Of a stretch of 64,000 nt of DNA, positions 24,993 through 36,132 are shown in pieces. This DNA is from Raillietiella orientalis. Taxonomy: Eukaryota. Position numbers and translations under genes: made by a program. The notes under the pieces were generated by a model. That model ran no database searches, had not been told where the DNA came from, and saw only the letters and a program-made list of their open reading frames with translations. Numbering within the stretch: the first letter of the stretch is position 1; each line of letters opens with the position of its first letter. The stretch is from assembly GCA_036172245.1 (NCBI GenBank), contig JAYWIR010000032.1, positions 1,364,001 through 1,428,000 of the forward strand, read 5' to 3'.

Positions 24993-26648
24993 TTATATCA
25001 CTTGTAGCATTTCTTGTCTATCAGTTTGCTGCACATTTTCAACGTGCTCTCCTATTTGATAAGCTACAATGGTGGCATGATCCAGTTTTCCTGGAAATTG
25101 AACCAGCCGCCTAGTAATAGTTTTCCTTTGGCGTGGATTGTGAATTCCATCAGGCATGACTTTATACAAATCTGGATCTTCTAGCATCTTGCGTTTAGCT
25201 GCAGTAAGCTGAACAGCAAAGTGGATCATAGTTTTGCAAAGCTGTTCAGCATTTTGGATTTGGCCTGCTCCCATTCCATGCACTAATAAATCTTCCATCC
25301 TCAGTAAGGACAGTTCGTGACACTGGAAGGCTTCTGCCTTAGGCCAGTCATTCACTCCAGCTAATGTAGAGTTATTCTTGATTGAAGAAGGGACACAAAA
25401 TTTTCCCACAACAGGGTCAAAATTATCTGATATGCCATCACTCGTCAGAAAAACAATATCGCCAGCATTTGCTATCGTTAAACTGCATGTCAAATTTGCA
25501 AGGTCGGGCTTTGTACCCTCAGCTGGACCTAGAGCACCTAATGCATTCCTCATGTTCCTTGTGGAGTGAATATCATGGGAACCTAAATCTGGGTCTTATT
25601 TTCATGAACTTGAAATACACCAGTTACCTTCAGTAACTTCCCATACACCTTGGTTGCTGCTGTAAACATAGGCTAAACTATCCCCCACATTGCAAACACA
25701 CACTGCATATTCTTCTCTGATTAGAAGTGGCACCACAATAGCTACAGTTAATGTAGTCAGTAAGCCACCCTCTTGAAGAATAAGGTGATGTGCTTCCAGA
25801 AATGAATGCAGCAGAGCTTCAAAGAGAACCTGACAAATAATCATCAATGATTGGTAACTCTTACTCCAGTATTGCTTGGTTTCAAGATATCTGTCTTTTC
25901 AAATAAAGCATGGTTCAAATAATTTATACATCCATGAATAGCACAACGTGCAGCCAAACTGGCTTGTTCACCCCAGTTCACACCATCAGCTAAAGCCAAG
26001 ATGGCATTGTTTTCTCGTGCTACAATGGCATATGCATCAGCTATTGGATGACCTATATGCTGCAAAGTGAGTGGGTTGCACTCATAAAGAGTAGTTGACA
26101 TTCCAAAAGCAAATGTAGCTGCATTATCCCAATCACATACACCAGCTATCTTGACACCTACATGAAAAAAGGCAGCCTTGTGGCAAAACTGAGCTTGAAA
26201 TAGTGGAAAATGTACATACTTGGGGTGTTTGATGATGAGCTGTCTATTTGCACCTTCTCATCTTCATCATCAATATAGTCAACATCGGATGCATCACATG
26301 TAAAGCTTGCTTGCTTTAAATTCACTGAAGTCAAGCCCCCGCTGGGTCCTGTTGATGCTGCCACTACGTTTTTTTTCAGAAGAGCAATTTCGAGCAAAGG
26401 AAGCTTTTTGGGATCTTTATGGCACAGGACTTGGCGGTAATTTGTCTTAACATCCCTAGAACGTTATTCCGTGCGAACAAAAGTAAAAAAAAAACACGGC
26501 AATATGGGCGAACAACCTACCCTCGCAAATATCTTTGAATAAATGATTCTTTGTTGAACGACACGGGCTGCTGTTGGGGATCTTCGTGGAACTTGTCGTT
26601 CGAGAACTGTTTCAGGAAATCACCAAATATTTTTTTAATGGATAGCAT
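24993..26648 (-). CDS. PP2C (PPM-type phosphatase)-like domain protein, Drosophila CG9801-like, about 482 aa
   Basis: Exons 26648-26521, 26455-26220, 26157-25865, 25829-25628, 25582-24993 (1449 nt, phases 2/1/0/1). PPM motifs [48 protein letters not shown] and [11 protein letters not shown]. Confidence 0.9.
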
Positions 26649-27752
26649 TATCGTTCCATGTGCCACACGTGTGCGATGCGCAGGGGGAGAAAAAAAAAAA
26701 AAAAAGGGGGGAAAGTTTGCAAGGCGCCTTGCTAACTCGAAGTTCTCATCATCCACAGCGGGTAGGCCGTCTTTCGGTTTCCTGGAACGCCCGGAAACTG
26801 CACTACCCAGTGCCCCAAGGACTCCTCCCCACTCCGCAAGGACAGCAATGACCCCACCGCGGGCAGCGCAGCTCGGCCGTTCCGGCAACAATCGCGAGGG
26901 GCATCCCCGCGTTCTTTCCGGCAGAAAGAGCGCGCGCGCAGGTGCGCTTTTTGCCGCGCTTCGGACGCTGCGTGAGGTCAGCGGAAGCTCCGAGGTTGAT
27001 GCCCAGCAGGCCGCTTCCCCCCCCTAAAAGTCACACTCGCCAACGCGTGAGCCACAGGGCTGGGCCAAGCAGCCGTTCAGGAAACGCAGCACTGAGGAGG
27101 ACCCTTGCGATTGACATGTTGACAGAACTCCGGAGGGGAGGGAGGGGGGGACGCAAGGTTCCCCCCCCCCCTCGATGGAACAAATAATCCCAGAACTCGT
27201 TCCCGGATACCACGCAGACCATCTACGTGGCACCATCGTTGAATTGTCTCTTTAGAAGAAATGGGGGGGAGGGCTCTGAGCACAAGAAGGAAGCGTTCCC
27301 TCGGGAACCCCGGAAAATGGTCTTGTTGTTGGCAAACGCAGATTGCCGCGCTCCAACCTTTCATCAAGTAACGGTTGCGCTGTGCCCCCTTTGTGTTTCA
27401 CGTGGTTCAAAGAGTGCAGAATTTGCAGATGTTTTTGAAGACTTCGAGATGTGCTTTCCAGCAGCCGGTGTGCTTCTTGCAACTTGTAAGAACAGTCACA
27501 TGTCAGTGGTGGGTGCTCGTCGAAAAACAAATCCAATCGCACACACGTAGGTGACTGATGCAATGGATTCTTTCGAGTTTTTTCTTGTGTTAATTTTCGG
27601 CTGCTGAAAGGTAGCTTCCCATCAGTTCTGGCTTATGATGCCCGCAAAAAGCCGAGCTTCGAAGGCTTCCATGGCGGTTTCCTTCTGCCGAGCTGGCAAG
27701 CCTGCCGCTGCCGCAGAATGTGAATCGTTCGCTCCACGGTATCTCCACGATT

Positions 27753-29119
27753 CCCCCGAAGAGACCACTCTGATGATCCAGGAAGGTCCCGAGGATCCAT
27801 TCCTCTTTACCTTTGAGGGGACTCCCCATTCCGGCAAGTCAGCGGGGACACCCGGTCTCCAGGAATCCTACACAAACTTAGTCCACTACGGCTGCTTCAA
27901 ACGGTCCCAGATGGTCTTCAAAACTCGATTCTTCCACACAGTTTTGTTAGCGGCAAAAAAAAAAAAAAAAAATCAACAGTGCTGTTGATGGAAAAAGTTT
28001 TATCTTTCGTATACCTTCGGTGCTTGCGTTTAGCCGCTGGTGCCAGAGAAACGATGGAAGCCGACCTCTGGTTCGAGTCTTTTCGGAAACACTCTCCATT
28101 CGAAATTTCCCTCCTATAAATCCAGCTTGTTCCTGTCGGATCCCGGATTTAACTGAGCCTTTCCCGATCACTTCCCTGACGTGGAAAAAAAAAGTTCGTC
28201 CGCGCCACGTCTGCTTCACGTCATCACCACTCTGCGACGCGCTCTTTCGAACCTTTCCGAAAGAGCGGCAACTCGTAACACGGATTTTCCGACGCTTCGC
28301 TTGTTGTTTCCGTTTTATTCTGGCACGCGAGCTTCCTTGGTTCCCCTTCCTCCCTTCCTGGAATCCCCTGAGCAAAATTGTCTGCCATCTCGAAATTTCG
28401 AAAAGATCGAGCGGTCGGCAACACTTCCTGCGCCATTAAGCGTGAACGTCCGCTCCCGACCTCGGAAGCATCGATTTTATTTCTTAGCAGAAGTGGAACC
28501 ATCTCTTCCACAGGAAGCACGTGATCGTCTGCTGGACAATCTTAAAGCAAAAGGCCAGAACAAACCAACGAAACAATCTGACGTGAACATTTTCTTGCCC
28601 AACCGCGGGGGAGTTGGGTCTTACAGATATCTTCCGAGGCGAGGAAACTTCGGTCTTTCGGCCGCAAATGGGCAGTGCCTCAGTCGGGAGAAGGCGAGGT
28701 CCCCACACCCGACACGCCATCAGGGATCCCAGTTCCCGATGCCTGATTCGGTTCCTGGTTCCCATCCTCAGGTTCCAACTTGCGAAAAAAATCCACAGCT
28801 GCACTCTTCCCGAGCACAGGTGTGTTTATGGTGGTGGTGGCTCTTAAAGGGGCCAGCAACTCCTCAGGTTTTTCGAGCACCTGCTTTCGGGGGCTCGCTG
28901 AATGCTCAAGAACCGTTCGCTCCGGTAGGGGCGGCTCGGTGATGCCTCCACAGGGTCACGAGTTGACTGTCGCGTAATCAAGGGTGCGTGTAACTCAGTC
29001 AAGGGGAAAACCCCCGAAGAGACCACTCTGACGATCCAGGAAGGTCCCGAGGATCCGTTCCTCTTTACCTTTGAGGGGACTCCCCATTCCGGCAAGTCAG
29101 CGGGGACACCCAGTCTCCA
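27753..29119. repeat. 109-bp direct repeat, two copies (27753-27861 and 29011-29119)
   Basis: Manual alignment gives 106/109 identical positions with no indels. Confidence 0.9.
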
Positions 29120-29129
29120 TTGCTCTCAA

Positions 29130-29283
29130 GAGCCATACTAGCGCGGGGGTCCGAGGCCCGCGCCCATTCCTGGAGTGGATCCTTCACGGGGGAGATTCGA
29201 ACCCGCGACCCCAGGTGCCGCTCGCGGGCACCTACGTCTCGGGTTCGGGAGGTGGCGCGCTCTCCTATTCAGCCGTCGGAGCC
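29130..29283 (-). mobile_element. tRNA-derived SINE-like element or tRNA pseudogene, copy 1
   Basis: Minus strand has A-box-like CGGCTGAATAGG, hairpin AGGTGCC-N7-GGCACCT and B box GGTTCGAATC. The acceptor stem does not pair. The tail GAAGGATCCACTCCAGGAATGGGCG resembles the copy at about 43.3 kb. Confidence 0.45.
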
Positions 29284-30134
29284 GCGGCGATCGACTCGAA
29301 GTTTCCAGAAAAAGGTCTGAGGATGAACAACATGTGATGGACCCGGCACGCAGACACCGAGAGAACCCGAAAGCCACGGCCACGTGGATGGGGGGGAGGC
29401 GTTTCGGCGGTGAGGCGGGCGTCATCCGAAGAGCGCCAGAGTCTATCTCTGAACGAAGAAACGCACTTCCTGCAAAAAGGTAACGGCGGTATCCGGAAAG
29501 AGCGCCACCCTGAGGCACTGCTGCTTGCCAAGTTCCGGATGCAGAATTGCCAGGGTACCGAGCAGGGCAGCGAACTGAAAATCAAAAGCGTGTCTGCGGA
29601 GGGACTCGTTCGGTTCGGTTCGAGTCTGAAGGAGGCGGAAGGCTCCCCATCATCCCCCATCCTTGTGAGCCGGCTCGGCAGCCCCCGGGCGTGAAGAATC
29701 CCACCCTGGATGACATGGAAGGAGAATCCTCGGAGGCAGGGTGAGACGTTCACCTCGAACTTGAGGTGAAAACGGCCTGGGGCGCACCAATCAGTTCTCA
29801 GGGGCGGCTGCAGGCTTCTGCGACTGTTGGCTCAGGACGGAGTCAGCAACGGCCGGTGCTAGCGGGGCAGGCGGGCCCTGGGGTCCGTTCCCAGATCTGG
29901 ATTACGGCCCTCGAAAAGGAAGGGAGGAAGGCTGACCTCATTTTTCCCTCAAGCAAAGATGGGGGGGCACGTGGGAGAGCCGGCAGAGAGCAGCGGCGGC
30001 TCGGAGGTTCCAAAGCTCCACGACTCCCCTGATTGTCCGTTCCCCGCTCATCCGCTCCCCAGCTGACGCAACGCGCCGACCTCCATCTTTCAGCGGCAGG
30101 CACGTGCGCGGCGGCGCAAATGGCGGGACGCAGC

Positions 30135-32485
30135 CCGAAATCCCGAACCACCTAGAAAATAAATACACACGCTCGTAATGTACATTAATATATATACATC
30201 GATCAATGTGTTTATTACCGTATATTAAAAGGATGATAAAAATAATTGTAAGTGCTCATGCATATTATTATATGCATATTATAAAATCACATATATTATT
30301 ATGTTATCAGCTATATTATTAAGTCACGTATATTATTATGTCTCCTTATCTTCGATATTAATATATATAGATCAAGATGTGCAAATTTATTTTAGCACAC
30401 ATGCGTATTAATATTAATATCTTAAACAAATGCACATTAACATTTACCAACATACATTTTGTTCATATAATTAATACTGTGCTTATTATACATATTAATA
30501 AATGTAGATAGATAGAGTATGGTACCCATCAAAATCCCGAAAGACCATAAAAAATAAACACGTAGACTTATTCCACATAGATTAATACACAAATTCATTT
30601 TAGTACGCACATTTATTCATATTTATCAAATACACATGATTAACAGCAATGTTATAGCAACAGAATGTATTTATTAAGATTTATTAACATACAATAAAGT
30701 AAACAAGTTGTTGATACGATTGCTGATATAGTTATTAAAGAGTGTAAAAAATAAATATATGCTTATTATATACATCAATATATATTTATAGATAGATAGA
30801 TAGATATGTGTGTGTGTGGGTAAATTATATGTATAAAAATGTAAATACATATATATGTATATATAGAAGCATGTATATGTATAAGTTTTATGTTCTTATA
30901 CATAAATATGTATATATTTATATGCTTATGTATGTATATTTATTTATTTAATGAATACATGAATATCGAATGTAAAAAAATAAGGAAAATAATGGCAATT
31001 AAAAATAGTGGAACAGGTTAATAAAAAGGAAGATAACCTGAAAAACAAAGCAGAAAAGCGACACATGGAAACGTGAAGGAAGATTGGGTCAGCCTCCTCT
31101 CCACGTTTTCATATCTCCAGATTTTCTTTTTGTTTATTTAATTTGTTTGCATTTTTTCCCCATTCTCTTCGTCACAATTATTTTTTTTTTATGTATATGT
31201 ATCTTTTAATCTTTAATATATACATCAACAGTATAATCGACAACTTACAAATTTATTAATCAAATGCGTGTTAATAAATCTTCATAAGTATATGTGTTGC
31301 AATAATATCTCTGCTAATGATATGCACGTTAATAAACGTGAATAAACATCTATATGCGGATAAATTCTTATATTCACCTGCTTAGGAAAAGAACATATGT
31401 TTATTTTTATGATTTTTAGAGATCTTGAACCATGCCCGATAGATTAATAGATAGATGAATATATATTAAGACCATAACAGTGGTGTCTCTGTATTTATTA
31501 TGTCTTAATGTATATTTATGTATGCAATAAATATAAATTAAATGAATATATAAATATGGAATTATAAAAAGAAAAAATAATGGTGAGAATTAAAAATAGT
31601 GGGGAAAAAACAAAAAAGTCACACATTGGAAAATAAAGAAAAGAAAAGAAATTTGGTATTTCATTTTCCAACATTCAATAAATCACACTTTGGTATTCTG
31701 ATCGTTCGATAAATACATGTTTACAATTCTATGTTTATATATTCAGTTCATATGTATTTGTTGTTGTATTTAATTTATATATGCATAATACGTATGATGT
31801 GCAATCACATTAATGAATATGTACGTTTAAGTACATTCCTATGGTAATCTGCATAAGCATATCTATGAATCCACATAAAAGGCATACATATTTATTTTTT
31901 TTATCTTTAGAATATATGTTAATCGATATACGAACATATCATTAATTACATTAAAATATATGTTAGACATATATGTTTATATTTTAAAATCCTTATGAAT
32001 TGATACAAAAGGATATATATATTCATATACATCCAAATATATATGAATATGAAATAAGCAATTATAAATTATACTAATAATATGCACGTTAACAAATATT
32101 AATAAGCACATGTTAAAATACATTTTGTATATTAATTCTTATAGAGATAATATACATAAAATACATGTGTGGGTATTTTTTATAATCTTTATAAGGTATA
32201 TTAATCCGTACACCAATTTATCTATAAACATACACAATTAAATACATATTTATCTATTTTTTATCATCGTTAATATATATATAAATACTATATTGATCAT
32301 ATTATTAATTATATTCGTAACACGTATGTTGATGAATTAACAAATATATGTGTTAAAGCAATATTAATCAAAAAATATGAATACATATATGTTAAACTAA
32401 AGTTGCGTGTTAATCTATATGTAAAGATAGATAGATATCTTAACACACGAAATAAGCACATGTATCTATTCTTTGGGGGGTTTCC
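30135..32485. mobile_element. AT-rich foldback/MITE-like composite with a nested palindromic copy at 30529-31428
   Basis: Sharp AT-rich island. The inner unit starts TCAAAATCCCGAAAGACCATAAAAAATAAAC. About 220 bp of it aligns to the reverse complement of 31205-31428. The outer ends carry degenerate versions of the same terminus in inverted orientation. No ORF. Confidence 0.65.
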
Positions 32486-34595
32486 ACCGAATGCGAGGGG
32501 GAGGTTGTTGCCCTGCGCTTGGCGCCAGAGAAGCGCCATTTCCCCTCTCCCCCCTCCTGCTCCCCGTTCCACGCACGCCCTCCGGGAACCGAATGGCTCT
32601 CATGGATGATGGTGCTGTCTTCCGCCCGCAGTTCCCGGGAGATTTTTTCTTCTCCCCACCGAGCAGGAGAGCCCACAAATCGCTCCTTCCTAAGACGGCC
32701 CCCCGTCTTCGCTGGTCCTCCAGCTGCTTTGTCGTTCCGCCGCGGACCATCGGCTCAGCGCGCTCCGATATCGGAGGAGTTCCACCAGAGGCACCGTCAT
32801 GGCAGCTCAGCGCAGCTGGACTGGGAAGGAATGGGGTGCGGCGCGAGAACCCACCCCATTAGGGGCTGCTCACTCAGCAAGGTTGGGGGCGCTCGACGCG
32901 TCGTCCGCGTAGAGCAGCCGGCGTCTCCCGTCGGAGGGGGCCACAGCTGCTCCTCTGCCAGAAGAACAGAACTTCCCTCTCAGAGGGCGCGACTCCCTCG
33001 GCCAGGCTGCGCGCGCAGCAGCCCGCGGATGCTGGACCGTGGAGCAGTGCCTCGGACGGCCACTGCCTTCGCCTCAGCGGCGTTCTCCTCTTTCGAGATC
33101 CATGACGTCAGCCTGCCGGATAGGCGGGAGGTTCCCTGCGAGATGCCGGGTCGCATAAATAACCCCTTGGTGGCTCGACTGAGAGTCGAGCGTGCACGAT
33201 GGCTTCCCCCCCCCCCCTTCCCCCGGGGACCTCGTCGTCGTCAGAGTGACTTCTTTCGGGGTCAGCGACGAGCCGGAGGCGCCCACAGCAGTCGTCGTTG
33301 CCACTGTTGGACTGGGCCTCTCCTCGCAACGCACGCCGACTCCCCTTTCACCCGGTGGCCCCGGGGCGTTGTCCATTCCGAAAGGGGAGGGGAGGGGAGG
33401 TAGGAAAAGGAAGGGAAAAAAAGGCAGTGTGGATTGGCCGGCCCACGAGTCCACGAAGAAAAAAAAAGAAAAGCAGTGGCTATCAGAGAACGGCTGCGCA
33501 GAAGGGCAGGACGGGTGCGGGGGAAGGGACAACAAATAAGTAAATAGAGGGGAGACAAGGGACTCGGGCCATCGGGTCACACTCACCACGTCTCCTCCTT
33601 CACCCCGGTATCCTTTCTGGGCCACCTTGCCACACCCCTCGCCGCCGCGAAGGCGAGGCGTGCGGTCCTCGTCGTCCTTCCCTGCTGGCGGGCCCGGGAC
33701 TCCGCGACCCTCCCGATGCGGCATCGGGGAGATTGGGGGGAAGCCGCCGGTCTCACGCGAACCCCCCAGCGCATGAACAGCAGCATCGTGCTGCCATCTG
33801 AGGAGGGAGCACAGGGAACTCTCCTGGTAGAGGGTTCTTCGCCGGTAGAGGAGGGGGGTCACGACCCCTCCTCCCGAGGCGGAATCTCCCGGAGTTCCTC
33901 CAGACGGAACGGTCCTCCAGAGCGGGCACTGGGCGCCACCGCGTCCGTGCCATCCATCTCAGGGCCGTCTTCTACTCTCTGGGCAGCCTCGTCGCTGCGG
34001 CAACGGACCTCCCACCCTGCTGGCAGGCAACTGTCGTTTCGCTCCCGTGGGGAGGACGGCCCTGAGGTCAGGGCCCACTCCCATCCCTTACACGTCCCTC
34101 CAGGGAGGCTGCTGCCAGTTTGTGGACGGGACGTATCATGGTTGCTGCCGTGCGTGCGACGCGGATCCCTGTTGCGCACGCTGCCTCCTGCCGCCGCCGG
34201 GCGTTGTAGCTCAGCACCCCCCCCTCCCCCCGCGCGCGCGCAACGGGCCACACGCCTCCTCGAGCGCCGCCGCACACGACGGGGAGGGGGAAGGGAGGAG
34301 GAGGATGGGATGTCGCGCCCAACTGCTCCAGGCGACCGGAGGTGGAACCTTTCCCGCACTCCCGCTCGTGCGCTGTGCTGCCTCCGCACCATGTGGGAAC
34401 GTCTTCCCGCACGGTCCTTCCCCTCCCTACGGACGGCCCCAGTGACTCCGCGAAACCCCTCTTTGCGCCACGCCGCCCGCAGGCGCCGTCGTGGCGCTCT
34501 GCGAAGCCGTCTGCTTCGAAACCCACCCACTCCCTACCGATGGCGTCGAGGTGGCCCCACCCTTGAAGACGTTGAGACTGGGTGGGGGGAAGGGC

Positions 34596-36132
34596 TCAAA
34601 ATCCCGAAAGATTGTGAAAAACAAGCGTGTATGCTTATCCTACAAAGATTAATATACAAATTCAACCGAATACACGTAGTTATTAAACATACATATTATT
34701 AACGACAATATTCGAATAGATGCATTTATAAAGATTTAGTGGCATGCATTTTATTAATGACATTAATAAATTCTTGATAGTGTGGTTGATACATATATTA
34801 AGGATTGCAGGAAATAAACATATATTATGCATATTCACATCTACATCTATATAACTATGTGTATTCACATCCTACTATGCATTTATGCATATTCGTATCT
34901 ATATTTGTATTATTTATAAATGGATCAACATAGATCATGAAAATTATAAAGAATAAATATAAATGCTTATTATATGCATTGATATATATGTGTGTGCAAA
35001 TATTTATATTCATATAGATATATGTATAATATGCGAGTGCCCACATTCAAGTATATACACGTATATACATTTATGCAGCATATGTATACATATATACACG
35101 TACATATACATATTCACATATATAGATATTTATGTGTATATTTATTTACATTGATATTATCTACATATAACAAGCATATATATCAACAATGTAATCATGA
35201 ATTTATTAATTTTATTAATGAAATGATATGTCACTGATCTTGAAAAACATATCCATTCGAATAATATTACTGTGAATAATATGTATGTTAAGAAACATGA
35301 TTAACTATGCATATTAAAATAAATTTGTATATTAATCTATGTAGAATAAGCCTATATGTGTATTTTTTAGATTATTTTCTATAATCTTCATGATGTATGT
35401 TAATCATATATTAATCTTTACATAAATATATATGTGGATATATGTAATCAGCATATGCATTTATTTTTTACAATTTACCTGTTCCAATAACACTACTGTT
35501 AATACTTTGTATGTGAATGAATATGAATAGTTATGCATATTAAAATAAATTTGTATATTAATCTATGTAGAACAAACATGTATATTCATTTTTATAATCT
35601 TCATGATATATATAAATTTTATATATTGATTTATATATAAATGTGTATTGATATATTTCACGAGCACGTATATTTATTTATCATAATCTTCTTAATATAC
35701 ATTAATCTTTATATAAATGCATAATGAGCACATATATCTATTTTTTATAATCTTTAACATACATGTCAACAATATAATCAAGAATTTATTAGTTTTCTTA
35801 ATAAAACGTATGTCACTGAATCTTGGTAACTATATCTGTTACAAACAGTATTACTGTTAATAATATCTATGTTTAATAACAATGCATTCTAAAATAAATC
35901 TGTATATTAATCTATGTAGATTAAGCCTACATATTTATTTTTATAATCTTCATGACATATGTTAATCCATATATTAATCTTTATGTAAACGTATACGTGA
36001 ATATGCATAATAAACATATATGTTAATTTTTTAAAATCTTCAAGATATCCATTTATATATAAATGTATAAATGTGTATATGAATGTATGTAATGAGGCCA
36101 CATGTTTAATTTTCATGATCTCGGGATTTTGA
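34596..36132. mobile_element. AT-rich foldback/MITE-like element, same family
   Basis: Left end TCAAAATCCCGAAAGATTGTGAAAA and right end TTTTCATGATCTCGGGATTTTGA form terminal inverted repeats. The module TAAAATAAATYTGTATATTAATCTATGTAGA recurs near 35315, 35540 and 35890. Confidence 0.7.

Noticed and set aside
27753..29119. Direct repeats as LTRs of a TRIM or mini-retrotransposon
   Set aside because: No 5' TG, primer-binding site or target-site duplication; only a short purine run precedes copy 2.
29180..29283. Functional tRNA gene
   Set aside because: The acceptor stem does not pair and the anticodon arm is unclear.
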